Part shown: positions 38,310 to 48,421 of the stretch, piece by piece
Position numbering within the stretch: position 1 is the stretch's first letter
Layout of the letters: each line of letters opens with the position of its first letter
Origin: an uncultured Bacilli bacterium
Lineage (GTDB): Bacteria; Bacillota_I; Bacilli_A; RF39; UBA660
Assembly: GCA_944372425.1 (NCBI GenBank)
Contig: CALVZC010000005.1
Span: 332-64,331, forward strand
Length of the DNA stretch: 64,000 nt
Direction: 5' to 3'
Made by a program: the position numbers and the translations under genes
Notes under the pieces: model-generated
The model's database searches: none
What the model was told of the DNA's origin: nothing
Seen by the model: only the letters and a program-made list of their open reading frames with translations

Positions 38310-39098
38310 ATGAAAAAATTAGATAATAAAGTAGCAATAATAACTGGTGGTGCAATGGGAAATGGTCTAGGAATAGCAAAAGTATTTTTAAATTATGGAG
38401 CAAAAGTAATTATTCTAGATTATGATAGTTCATTAGAAAGTACAGTGCAATCACTAAAAAATGATGAAAATGTAGTTGAGGGATATTCTGTCGACATTCG
38501 TGATAATAATAAAGTTAATGAAATTATTGATGAGATAGGAAAAAAATATAATGGAATAGATATTTTGGTAAATAATGCTGGAGTATGTCGATTAGAAAAA
38601 TTTGAAAGTATGAATGATGAATTGCGTGATTTACATTTTGATATTAATATAAAAGGAACTTGGAATGTTACAAAATCAGCTCTTAAATATATGAAAAAAA
38701 GAAATGCTTCAATTATTAATTTATCTAGTGTAACTGGACCAATAGTTGCTGATAGTGGAGAAGTAGCATATGCAACTACAAAATCAGCAATTCTAGGATT
38801 TACTAAAGCTTTAGCAAGAGAAGTAATAGATGATGACATTAGGGTTAACGCTATTATGCCTGGATATATAAGAACACCAATGGTTGATAAAATGGCTATT
38901 GAAAGTAGTCCTAATAATCCTGATAGTGTCATAGAAGGAATAGCTTCAGCAATTCCAATGAAAAGATTAGGAACAATTGAAGAGTTAGGAGAATTAGCAG
39001 CATTTTTAGCTTCTAATGAATCATCTTATATAACAGCACAGGGAATTGTAATAGATGGTGGAAGCACATTACCTGAAACTTTAACAATGGGAGTATAG
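38310..39098 (+). CDS. ucpA: SDR family oxidoreductase UcpA
   Basis: TGGAMGNG, NNAGV, SSVTG.IVAD.GE.AYATTK, C-terminal DGGSTLPET..MGV. Confidence 0.85.
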   Translation: MKKLDNKVAIITGGAMGNGLGIAKVFLNYGAKVIILDYDSSLESTVQSLKNDENVVEGYSVDIRDNNKVNEIIDEIGKKYNGIDILVNNAGVCRLEKFESMNDELRDLHFDINIKGTWNVTKSALKYMKKRNASIINLSSVTGPIVADSGEVAYATTKSAILGFTKALAREVIDDDIRVNAIMPGYIRTPMVDKMAIESSPNNPDSVIEGIASAIPMKRLGTIEELGELAAFLASNESSYITAQGIVIDGGSTLPETLTMGV

Positions 39099-39169
39099 AA
39101 ATATACTCTTATTTTTTATTGACAATTTTTAATTTTTATATAGAATAATACATACATTGAGGTATTCTT

Positions 39170-40372
39170 ATGGGAAAAAAATATAATAGCAAGATTATTT
39201 TTGATTATATTGTTGGCAACGATTTAGATGGATATAGTATAGATGAACTAGAAAATGATTCTAATTTTATGATGGATGTTATAAAAATAACACGCGATAA
39301 AAGAATGCATAATTTGTGCTCAGATGATATAAAGAAAAATTGCACTTTTGTTGAATTTTTAATTTCATTTTTTAAAGATGATTTAGATTTTATCATAAGT
39401 ATTGCTGATAACTATATTCAAAATCCTGATGTTGATGATGTCGATAAAGAGGAAATAAAAATTTTTATAGGTAATTTTTATGATAATGATAAGTATTCTG
39501 CTTTAGAAAAGTATAAGGTGTCAAGTTATAGTTTTTATAATTCTGTTGTTAACGACTGCTATTCTGTTATAAGAAAAATGTCAGATAGTGAAAGAGAAAG
39601 CTGTAGTCTATTTAGAATTATAGAATTAACTTTTTTTGATAGAAAAGTAATTAAAGATTATTTTGCTAAAAATATGGTTTATGAATGTTTATGCGAAAAT
39701 TTAGAATGTAGGTTTGCTGATTTAATACATTATTATTTTAATGAAGTAAGTGATTTAGAATCGTATGGCGAAACAAAATTTTTATTATTTTATTTGTCTA
39801 GTAGTGATAGATTTTTAAGAGATTATCTATCTGTTTATCCTAATTTACTAGAAAGCTATTGTAAAGATATCGAAAAGGTAAAAAAAGATTGGAATAATTA
39901 TAATAATCGTTTGAATTTTGACAGAGTTCAACAAGTAATAGACTATGCATCTGAATATTTAAGGAATGAATGTTTATCTTTTTACACTGATTTTTTTGAT
40001 ATTATATTAGATGCTGTAACTCCTTTGGGATTAAAAAGTGTTTTTGATAGATACATTTCTTTGGAAGATGAACAGATGATAGAAGATGATAATACTGATT
40101 TGTTTTCAGAATATTTTGATGACAATTTTGACAATGATAGCATTTTTGAATGTAATAGTCAGCCTACCGAAGAAGAAAAAAAATCTTTTGAATATTTATC
40201 TTTTATTAATAAAATAAGGAATTTTACAAAAAAAATATTTTCGAAAAATCGATTGATTAATCCAGTTAATGAAGAAGAAAGTAATAGTCCTGATAAGGTT
40301 GATAAAGGCAGAAGAAAAGTAATTCAGTATGATTTTATAAATAGATGTCCAATTGATGATAATGATGATTAA
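39170..40372 (+). CDS. hypothetical acidic helical protein
   Basis: 400-aa ORF with GAGG RBS and TTGACA/TAGAAT upstream. No catalytic motif recognised. Confidence 0.7.
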   Translation: MGKKYNSKIIFDYIVGNDLDGYSIDELENDSNFMMDVIKITRDKRMHNLCSDDIKKNCTFVEFLISFFKDDLDFIISIADNYIQNPDVDDVDKEEIKIFIGNFYDNDKYSALEKYKVSSYSFYNSVVNDCYSVIRKMSDSERESCSLFRIIELTFFDRKVIKDYFAKNMVYECLCENLECRFADLIHYYFNEVSDLESYGETKFLLFYLSSSDRFLRDYLSVYPNLLESYCKDIEKVKKDWNNYNNRLNFDRVQQVIDYASEYLRNECLSFYTDFFDIILDAVTPLGLKSVFDRYISLEDEQMIEDDNTDLFSEYFDDNFDNDSIFECNSQPTEEEKKSFEYLSFINKIRNFTKKIFSKNRLINPVNEEESNSPDKVDKGRRKVIQYDFINRCPIDDNDD

Positions 40373-40577
40373 CAAAATATGCTTGTAAAAATATTTTATC
40401 AGTTTAATATTGATTAATCTTTTATTTAGAAGCTAATAATTTAATATTTATAATTTTATTTGCATTTAAGTAAAAACAGCTTAATAAAAGAAAAAATAAA
40501 CTCATATGTGTTTTAGGCAATTAAAATACCTCTATTTTCAAAGCTTTCATATTATAGACTAGATAGGAGGAATATAG

Positions 40578-40913
40578 ATGTTTAATACTTTGGGGTGCCA
40601 AAGACAAAATACTTTCAATCAAAATTTTTCTGGTGATAATGAAATTAACATGGATATTGATGTAAATATGAACAATAACCAACAAATGGGTATGCAATCA
40701 ATGATGGGAGGAACACAACAGCCTATTATTGAACCAATGCAAGAAAGAGTTATCAACAGAACAATCATGCATGAAGTACCACATGTTTGCCCAATAAGAA
40801 CTAAAATAATTAACAATCATGTATTTAGACATACATATAGACCAAGTTACTCATGTTGTGAAGAAAATACATGCACTAACGTACAATGTGGTTCATGTTG
40901 CCAATTTAGATAA
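40578..40913 (+). CDS. cotD: CotD-like spore coat protein
   Basis: HEVPHVCPIRTKIINNHVFRHTYRP pattern, Cys/His/Met/Gln-rich, GGAGG RBS. Confidence 0.65.
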   Translation: MFNTLGCQRQNTFNQNFSGDNEINMDIDVNMNNNQQMGMQSMMGGTQQPIIEPMQERVINRTIMHEVPHVCPIRTKIINNHVFRHTYRPSYSCCEENTCTNVQCGSCCQFR

Positions 40914-40916
40914 TTT

Positions 40917-40938
40917 AAGTCTCGAAAGAGACTTTTTT
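40917..40938 (+). terminator. Rho-independent terminator
   Basis: AAGTCTC-gaaa-GAGACTT plus T-run. Confidence 0.75.
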
Positions 40939-41006
40939 AATTGATTAATAAAATGTTACAATATGATTGATATATGATAAAATGGTTTAAGAAGTTGGTG
41001 AAGTGA

Positions 41007-42158
41007 ATGTCAAATAATAAAAGAAATTTAAAAATTAAATATAGCAATATTTTCTTTATAATAGTTTTAATAATATTTATATATTTTTTATGTTCATCAA
41101 AAGTATTATTAGAAAAGGAAATTCCTAAAGTAGAGATAGAAGAGCCTAAAGTTACAGAGACGAGTTTATCATTAATAATGGTAGGGGATTGCTTAATACA
41201 TGGTGCTATTTATGATGACGCTAAAACAACAAATGGAAGTTATGACTTCTCAAAAATGTTAGAGTTAGTTAAGCCAATTATTCAAAGTTACGATTTAGCA
41301 TTCTATAATCAAGAATCAATCCTTGGTGGTGTGGAATTAGGGCTTTCAAGTTATCCAAGATTTAATGCTCCAAAAGAAGTAGGGGATGCATTTTTAGATT
41401 TAGGTTTTAATTTAGTATCACTTGCTAATAATCACACTTTAGATAAAGGTAAAGAAGGAATTTATTCATCTCTTGATTATTGGCGTAATAAAGAAAACAT
41501 AATGACTGCAGGAAGTTATTCTAGTGAAGAAAACAGAATAACTCCAAATATCATGGAAAAGAATGGAATAACATATGCACTTTTAGCTTATACAACTACA
41601 ACAAATGGTTTAAATACCTTTAAAGATGAGCCCTATCTAATAACAGTATATGATGAAGAATTAGTTAAAGCTGATATAGAAAGATTAAGAGATAAAGTTG
41701 ATTTATTAATGGTATCTATGCATTGGGGAGAAGAATATACTCACATACCAACAGAAGAACAGAAAGAAATTGCTGAGTATTTAGCAAGTTTAAATGTCGA
41801 TATTGTAATTGGACATCATCCTCACGTTGTACAACCTATTGACTTTATAGACGATACTATGGTAATATACTCACTTGGAAATTTTATTGCATCACAATAC
41901 GGAATTAACAAATTAACAGGTTTAATGGCTGGAATAACTGTAAAGAAAACTACTATTGATAATCAAATAACTATAACATTAGAAGAACCGACAGCACAGT
42001 TAGTATATGTTGATTCTAAAATAACTAGTTATAGATATGATTATAAATTATATCCTTATAATTTATTAACAGATGATATTTTAAAAAATTACAAAGAACA
42101 TTATAATAAATATATGGGAATTGTTACTAGTTTAAATAATAAAATTATACCCTTATAA
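41007..42158 (+). CDS. CapA / poly-gamma-glutamate synthesis-like metallophosphoesterase
   Basis: VGD..IH, NQES, SLANNHTLD, MHWG.EY, GHHPHVVQP, YSLGNF. Confidence 0.92.
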   Translation: MSNNKRNLKIKYSNIFFIIVLIIFIYFLCSSKVLLEKEIPKVEIEEPKVTETSLSLIMVGDCLIHGAIYDDAKTTNGSYDFSKMLELVKPIIQSYDLAFYNQESILGGVELGLSSYPRFNAPKEVGDAFLDLGFNLVSLANNHTLDKGKEGIYSSLDYWRNKENIMTAGSYSSEENRITPNIMEKNGITYALLAYTTTTNGLNTFKDEPYLITVYDEELVKADIERLRDKVDLLMVSMHWGEEYTHIPTEEQKEIAEYLASLNVDIVIGHHPHVVQPIDFIDDTMVIYSLGNFIASQYGINKLTGLMAGITVKKTTIDNQITITLEEPTAQLVYVDSKITSYRYDYKLYPYNLLTDDILKNYKEHYNKYMGIVTSLNNKIIPL

Positions 42159-42211
42159 TTTATATTGAAAAAAAAATTAAGAAATGATATATTACTAAAG
42201 TAGGTGATTAA

Positions 42212-42823
42212 ATGAAAAGGGAATACGCAAAATTATTTAGTTTTTTAATTGGGATTGCATTTATTTTAAGTGGAATAATATTTACTTTAACTAGAGTTTA
42301 TAAAAATAATAAAGCTCAAAGCATCGAAGAAGAAAATATTATTGCTGCTGAAATAAAAAATGTTTATGAGAGTTTTAAAATAAAAACTGAAGAATTTAGT
42401 ACTAAAAGAGATTTAATTAATAGTGATATTTCGGAATATGTATCCTATTATACTGGAATAGAAAAGAATTATAATGATATGATTGAAGAATTAAAAGAAT
42501 ATGAAAATTTAGTTATCGAAGTAGAAGATACAGCGGTATATTTAAAAAAGCATTGTTTGAATGAAAGCTATAGTGATCAAGATGCTAATAATAAATGTAA
42601 TGCTTATATAATTAATTATGAAAAAACTGTAAATAGTTTTATTAGTGACATAGAGTTTTTTAATAGTAAAATAGATGAATATAACAATTGGATTATTTCC
42701 GAAAATGAAGAGTTGGATAATGAAGATAAATATACTAAAGTTGAAAGATATAAAGCAACAAAATATAAAGAATATATAGATATAAATAATGATGGAACAT
42801 ATTTAGGAAGAAATAGTGATTAG
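42212..42823 (+). CDS. membrane-anchored coiled-coil hypothetical protein
   Basis: N-terminal TM, C-terminal DINNDG EF-hand-like motif. Confidence 0.7.
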   Translation: MKREYAKLFSFLIGIAFILSGIIFTLTRVYKNNKAQSIEEENIIAAEIKNVYESFKIKTEEFSTKRDLINSDISEYVSYYTGIEKNYNDMIEELKEYENLVIEVEDTAVYLKKHCLNESYSDQDANNKCNAYIINYEKTVNSFISDIEFFNSKIDEYNNWIISENEELDNEDKYTKVERYKATKYKEYIDINNDGTYLGRNSD

Positions 42824-44105
42824 GAGGTTTTTAGCAGTGAACAAGAACGAATTACCTAAAAAAAAGCTTGGTAGAATATTTATTATAATTGGAATAATAT
42901 TGTTTCCATTATTATCAAGTTTATATATTGTATCAGTTAACAGTAATAGGCTAATTAACGGTACATTATCGTTAATTATTTTGATATTAGCATGTTATTC
43001 ATTTGTTACGTTAATAGCAGGTATTTTTTTCTATAAGACTGGAACTGATAAAATAAATAAGAGATTGAAGAAAAGCTTTAGAATAGTTCTTTCAACTATA
43101 GCAATTATTTATGTTGTTGGTGGATACTCTATAGTAACTATTTTATATTTTCCAGGAAGTAAATTTAAAGATTGGCTTATTACAACAGCAATGACAACAA
43201 TGAATCATCAGTATTTTGCAACTTGGTTTTATGATGATTATGATGTAAATAAAGTTTTAGCTAATAATGTCGTAATAGAAACTGGGGAAGAAACTAATCC
43301 AGATTTAATTGTTTTTACAGAACCGGATTTTAATCAAGTAACGTATAAAACTGAATATGAAAGAGATATTTTTACTAAGGATGAAGGAAACGATTTATAT
43401 AAAATAATCGATATATCACGTGATGGTTTTAAGGGAAAATTGGCAATAATTTACGATCCATCAAAAGTAAAATTAGGCATATCTCGAGGTATAGGTGATG
43501 AATTGCAAAGTTCATACGGGCAATTTATAACGGAAATATCTAGTAGATATAATGCTGTTATTGCTATAAATGCAGGGGGATTTTATGATCCTGATTGGAA
43601 TTCTACTGGCGGAGTGCCACATGGTATAGTTATTTCTGACGGAAAACTTATAGCAAATAATTCAAAAGCAAATAGTAGTGGGGGAATAATAGGTTTTAAT
43701 AAAGAAAATAAACTGATATTGTCTAAAATGGCTGCCAAAGAAGCATTAGCGGCTGGAATAAGAGATGCTGTTGATTTCGGACCATTTTTAATCGTTAATG
43801 GAAATCCATCATTTGTTAAAGGTAATGGCGGTTGGGGAGATGCACCGAGAACAGCGATTGGACAACGTGCTGATGGAATTGTTTTATTGTTAGTAATTGA
43901 CGGAAGACAAGCAGGAAGTATTGGTGCAGATATGAATGATTTAACACAAATTATGTTAGATTATGGAGCTATTAATGCTGCAAATTTAGATGGTGGAACA
44001 TCTACTGCAATGTCGTTAAATGGACAAATAATTTCTAATCCTAGAAACGGTAACTTTCAAGCTAAAACTAGACCAGTACCAAATGCGTGGATTGTTGTTG
44101 AATAA
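42816..44105 (+). CDS. phosphodiester glycosidase (NAGPA/DUF2233) family protein
   Basis: AINAGGF, PRTAIGQ, VIDGR, AANLDGGTST. Confidence 0.92.
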   Translation: MIRRFLAVNKNELPKKKLGRIFIIIGIILFPLLSSLYIVSVNSNRLINGTLSLIILILACYSFVTLIAGIFFYKTGTDKINKRLKKSFRIVLSTIAIIYVVGGYSIVTILYFPGSKFKDWLITTAMTTMNHQYFATWFYDDYDVNKVLANNVVIETGEETNPDLIVFTEPDFNQVTYKTEYERDIFTKDEGNDLYKIIDISRDGFKGKLAIIYDPSKVKLGISRGIGDELQSSYGQFITEISSRYNAVIAINAGGFYDPDWNSTGGVPHGIVISDGKLIANNSKANSSGGIIGFNKENKLILSKMAAKEALAAGIRDAVDFGPFLIVNGNPSFVKGNGGWGDAPRTAIGQRADGIVLLLVIDGRQAGSIGADMNDLTQIMLDYGAINAANLDGGTSTAMSLNGQIISNPRNGNFQAKTRPVPNAWIVVE

Positions 44106-44183
44106 ACAAATGATGTTAAAACATTGTTTGTTTTTTGTTTTAACAAATATGCTATATAAAAAATATTTTTAAGAATGTTTTTA

Positions 44184-44236
44184 TTGACAAAAAAAATATA
44201 TAAGAGTACTATTATAATAGTTTCTACAGAAACTAT
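44184..44236 (+). promoter_or_regulatory. sigma-A promoter with palindromic MarR operator
   Basis: TTGACA(44184)-17bp-TACTAT(44207). Palindrome ATAGTTTCT-ac-AGAAACTAT at 44217-44236. Confidence 0.7.
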
Positions 44237-44245
44237 GGTGATTTT

Positions 44246-44692
44246 ATGAGTAATGATGAAGAAAATTCAAAAATGTTGTTTTATATTAAAATGTCGAAAG
44301 ATTTATATGATAGCATGATTGAAGAAGAAGCTAGAAAATGTGGTATTACTAAACAAGAAGCTCACGTTTTACTTTTTTTTAGTAACAATCCTAATTTTTC
44401 TAATGCCACAGATGCAGTTTGTTATCGAGGATTTTCTAAAGCTTATGTGTCTAAGGCTATAAAATTTTTAGAAGAGAGAAGATTGATAAAGATTATTAAT
44501 AGTGACACCGATAAAAGATATCAACACATTTTAATTAATTCTATTGCATATGATATTGTTGATAAACTAAAAAAAGTACAGAATAAATATTTTTTGTTGT
44601 TAAAAAAAGGAATTTCAGATGATGAATTTTCAATTTATCTTAAAGTTATTGGTAAAATTGCTGAAAATGTTATGAATAAGATGAAAGGGTGA
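44246..44692 (+). CDS. MarR-family transcriptional regulator
   Basis: SKAYVSKAIK.LE...LI......DKR. Confidence 0.88.
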   Translation: MSNDEENSKMLFYIKMSKDLYDSMIEEEARKCGITKQEAHVLLFFSNNPNFSNATDAVCYRGFSKAYVSKAIKFLEERRLIKIINSDTDKRYQHILINSIAYDIVDKLKKVQNKYFLLLKKGISDDEFSIYLKVIGKIAENVMNKMKG

Positions 44693-46458
44693 TTAATGTG
44701 TTTAAATTATTGAAAAAATTTAATAGAAAAGATATTTTAATTATATTAATTTGTATAGTTTTAATATCATTTCAGGTATGGTTAGATTTAAAGCTTCCAG
44801 ATTATATGTCAAAAATAACTACTTTGTTGCAACAAAGTGATACTGGAATTAATAGTATTTTAGAACAAGGTAGTTATATGCTACTTTGTGCTGGTGGTAG
44901 TTTGTTATCTGCTATAGTTGTTGGATATTTAGCTTCACTTCTTTCTTCGACTTTTTCTAAAAATATTAGAAAAAAAATTTTTGAAAAAGTTCAAAGTTTC
45001 AGCATGGAAGAAATTAAGAAATTTTCAACTAGTAGTTTAATTACTAGAACTACTAATGATATTACTAATGTTGAAATGCTTATTTCTATGGGATTACAAC
45101 TTTTAATTAAAGCACCTATTACTGCAGTATGGGCTATCTTTAAAATACTTAATAAAAGCTGGCAATGGAGCGCAATTACTGGTGTTGCTGTTCTTATTTT
45201 ATTAACAATGGTTGTAATGTTGATGATAGTAGTTATACCAAAATTTAAGATTGTTCAAAAACTTATCGATAATATAAACGGGCTAACACGTGAAAATTTA
45301 TTAGGTATTAGAGTTATTCGTGCATTTAATGCCGAAAAGTATCAAGAAGATAAGTTTGAAGAGGGTAATGTTAAACTTACAAGAACACAATTATTTAATC
45401 AAAGTATGATGGGAATTATGCAGCCAGTTATGTATTTGATTATGAATTGTATTACACTTGCTATTTATTTTGTTGGGGCATATTTGATTAATGCAGCAGG
45501 TTTTCCAAATAAGATATCTATTTTTAGTGATATGGTAGTATTTACAAGTTATGCTATGCAAGTTATTATGTCATTTTTAATGCTTGCTATGATATTTATT
45601 ATGTACCCACGTGCAAGTGTGTCTGCTGATCGTATAAATGAGGTTATTGAAACTTCTTCTACAATAAATGATGGTGAAGTAGAAGAAGAAAACTACATAA
45701 AAGGTGAAGTAGAATTTAGAAATGTTTCTTTTAAATATCCTGATTCAGAAGAATATGTATTGAAAGATATTTCTTTTGTTGCAAGAGAAGGAGAAACTGT
45801 AGCTTTTATCGGGTCAACTGGAAGTGGAAAATCTACACTTATCAATCTTGTACCAAGGTTTTATGATGCAACAGAAGGTGAAGTACTGGTAGATGGTGTT
45901 AATGTTAAGGATTACAAATTAAATATTTTACATAATAAACTTGGATATGTTCCTCAAAAAGCAGTTATGTTTAATGGTAGTGTTAAATATAATGTTGCTT
46001 ATGGTGATAATGGGAAAGGAAAGGCTTCACTTGATAAAATAAAAGAGGCAGTTAGAGTTGCTCAAGCTAAAGACTTTGTTGAAAAAATGACTAATATGTA
46101 TGACGCAAATATTGCCCGTGGTGGTACTAATGTTTCTGGAGGACAAAAGCAACGTTTAGCTATAGCAAGAGCAATAGCAAAAGATCCTGAAATTTATATT
46201 TTTGATGATAGTTTTTCAGCTCTTGATTATAAAACTGATTATATTCTTCGAACCGAATTAAAAAAATATACAAAAGACGCTACATGTTTAATAGTCGCTC
46301 AAAGAATAGGTACAATTATTAATGCTGATAAAATAATTGTTTTAGATCATGGTAATTGTGTTGGAATAGGTACTCATAAGGAACTGTTGAAAAAATGTTC
46401 AATATACAAAGAAATTGCTTATTCGCAACTATCAAAGGAGGAATTAGAAAATGAGTAA
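44689..46458 (+). CDS. heterodimeric ABC exporter subunit A
   Basis: TMD plus GSTGSGKS, VSGGQKQR, FDDSFSALD. Confidence 0.95.
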   Translation: MINVFKLLKKFNRKDILIILICIVLISFQVWLDLKLPDYMSKITTLLQQSDTGINSILEQGSYMLLCAGGSLLSAIVVGYLASLLSSTFSKNIRKKIFEKVQSFSMEEIKKFSTSSLITRTTNDITNVEMLISMGLQLLIKAPITAVWAIFKILNKSWQWSAITGVAVLILLTMVVMLMIVVIPKFKIVQKLIDNINGLTRENLLGIRVIRAFNAEKYQEDKFEEGNVKLTRTQLFNQSMMGIMQPVMYLIMNCITLAIYFVGAYLINAAGFPNKISIFSDMVVFTSYAMQVIMSFLMLAMIFIMYPRASVSADRINEVIETSSTINDGEVEEENYIKGEVEFRNVSFKYPDSEEYVLKDISFVAREGETVAFIGSTGSGKSTLINLVPRFYDATEGEVLVDGVNVKDYKLNILHNKLGYVPQKAVMFNGSVKYNVAYGDNGKGKASLDKIKEAVRVAQAKDFVEKMTNMYDANIARGGTNVSGGQKQRLAIARAIAKDPEIYIFDDSFSALDYKTDYILRTELKKYTKDATCLIVAQRIGTIINADKIIVLDHGNCVGIGTHKELLKKCSIYKEIAYSQLSKEELENE

Positions 46459-48265
46459 TGAAGAATATAAGAATAAACCTCGTAATCATGGACCAGGTCC
46501 TAGAGTTGCTGAAAAGCCAAAAGATTTAAAAAATGCTATTAAAAAATTGATTTTATATTTAGATAAATTTAAACCATATATAGTTATTGCATTAATTTTG
46601 GCAGCAATTAGTTCTGTCTTGTCAATTATAGGGCCAAATAAATTAAGTGATTTAACTGATATTATAAAAGATGGTCTTACTACCGGTATTGATTTTGAAA
46701 AAGTTAAGTCAATTTCAGTGTTTTTGATTGCTTTGTATTTAGTTAGCGCTATTTTTAATTATATTCAAACACTTATTATGACTAATGTTGCTAATAATTT
46801 TGCAAAAAATTTACGTAGCAGAATTTCTACTAAAATAAATAGATTACCTCTTAAGTATTTTGACAATAATAGTTATGGTGACATACTTTCAAGAGTTACT
46901 AACGATGTAGATACTATCGGTGTTACTATGCATCAAAGTTTAGGTAGCTTGGTTAGTGCCGTTACTCTTTTCGTAGGTTCAATTATTATGATGTTTGCTA
47001 CAAATTGGATTATGGCTATAACAGGTATAGTGGCATCAACTATAGGTTTTATTTTTATGTTTATAATTCTTGCTAAGTCTCAAAAATATTTTACTTTAAG
47101 ACAAATTGAATTGGGTAAACTTAATGGACATATAGAAGAAATATATACTAATCATAATGTTGTTAAAGCTTATAATGGTGAGGAAGAATCTCTAGAAAAG
47201 TTTGATAAGCTTAATGAAAAAGTTTACGAGTGTAATAGAAAAAGTCAATTTTTGTCTGGAATGATGCAGCCAATAATGTCTTTCGTTGGGAATTTTAGTT
47301 ATTTAGCTGTTTGTATTGTTGGTGCAATTCTTGTTATGAACAATCAAATTTCTTTTGGTGTTATAGTTGCTTTTATGATATATGTTAGATTATTTACTAA
47401 TCCTCTTACGCAGATAGCCCAAGCTATGACAAATTTACAATCAACAGCTGCAGCAAGTGAAAGAGTTTTTGAATTTATAGAAGAAAAAGAAATGGATGAT
47501 GAAAAAAATATTAAAAAAAGACTTCATAAATCTAAAGTAAAGGGAAATATAGTTTTTGATCATGTTAAGTTTGGATATAATAATGATAGAATTATTATTC
47601 AAGATTTTTGTTGTAATGTTAAGCCGGGAGAAAAAATTGCTATAGTAGGACCTACTGGTGCTGGTAAGACGACAATGGTAAATTTATTAATGAAATTTTA
47701 CGATATAAATTCTGGTGATATTAAGATTGATGGTGAATCAATTCGAGAACTATCAAGAGAAAATGTTCATGATTTATTTATAATGGTTTTACAAGATACT
47801 TGGTTATTTGAAGGAACTATTAGAGATAATATTAAGTATAATAAAGAAGATGTTACAGATGAAGAAATTATGCAAGCGCTAGAGGTTGTAGGAGTTGATC
47901 ATTTTGTAAAATCATTGCCAAAAGGATTGGACTATGTATTAACTGATAATGATAGTATTTCAGCTGGTCAAAAACAATTATTAACTATAGCACGTGGTAT
48001 GATTAAAGATGCACCATTTTTAATTCTTGATGAAGCAACCTCTTCAGTTGATACTCGTACTGAGGAACTTGTTCAAAAAGCAATGGATAAATTAACAGAA
48101 GGAAGAACCTCTTTTATAATCGCTCATAGATTATCAACTATTAAAAATGCTGATTTAATATTAGTTATGAAAGATGGTAATATAATTGAGCAAGGAAATC
48201 ATAAAGAATTAATGAATAAAAATGGTTTTTATGCTGAACTTTATAATTCACAGTTTAAAAAATAA
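46451..48265 (+). CDS. heterodimeric ABC exporter subunit B
   Basis: TMD plus GPTGAGKT, ISAGQKQ, LDEATSSVD, IAHRLST. Confidence 0.95.
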   Translation: MSNEEYKNKPRNHGPGPRVAEKPKDLKNAIKKLILYLDKFKPYIVIALILAAISSVLSIIGPNKLSDLTDIIKDGLTTGIDFEKVKSISVFLIALYLVSAIFNYIQTLIMTNVANNFAKNLRSRISTKINRLPLKYFDNNSYGDILSRVTNDVDTIGVTMHQSLGSLVSAVTLFVGSIIMMFATNWIMAITGIVASTIGFIFMFIILAKSQKYFTLRQIELGKLNGHIEEIYTNHNVVKAYNGEEESLEKFDKLNEKVYECNRKSQFLSGMMQPIMSFVGNFSYLAVCIVGAILVMNNQISFGVIVAFMIYVRLFTNPLTQIAQAMTNLQSTAAASERVFEFIEEKEMDDEKNIKKRLHKSKVKGNIVFDHVKFGYNNDRIIIQDFCCNVKPGEKIAIVGPTGAGKTTMVNLLMKFYDINSGDIKIDGESIRELSRENVHDLFIMVLQDTWLFEGTIRDNIKYNKEDVTDEEIMQALEVVGVDHFVKSLPKGLDYVLTDNDSISAGQKQLLTIARGMIKDAPFLILDEATSSVDTRTEELVQKAMDKLTEGRTSFIIAHRLSTIKNADLILVMKDGNIIEQGNHKELMNKNGFYAELYNSQFKK

Positions 48266-48421
48266 GCAATTTAAATTTCTAATTGCTTTTTTTTATAAAA
48301 CTTTATTTTTATTAACAGTTAAAATTTTCTATTGTATTTTAATATTCTATGTTATAATAATTATAATAAGGTAGTAGTTTAATATTGATTATGGGAAAGG
48401 CTATAATATATAGGTGATTAT

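Noticed and set aside
38420-38932. 170-aa antisense ORF and other short opposite-strand or alternate-frame ORFs (e.g. 961, 4769, 10070, 48913, 59327, 61690, 63064, 63419)
   Set aside because: Shadows lying inside well-supported genes, without RBS or recognisable motifs.
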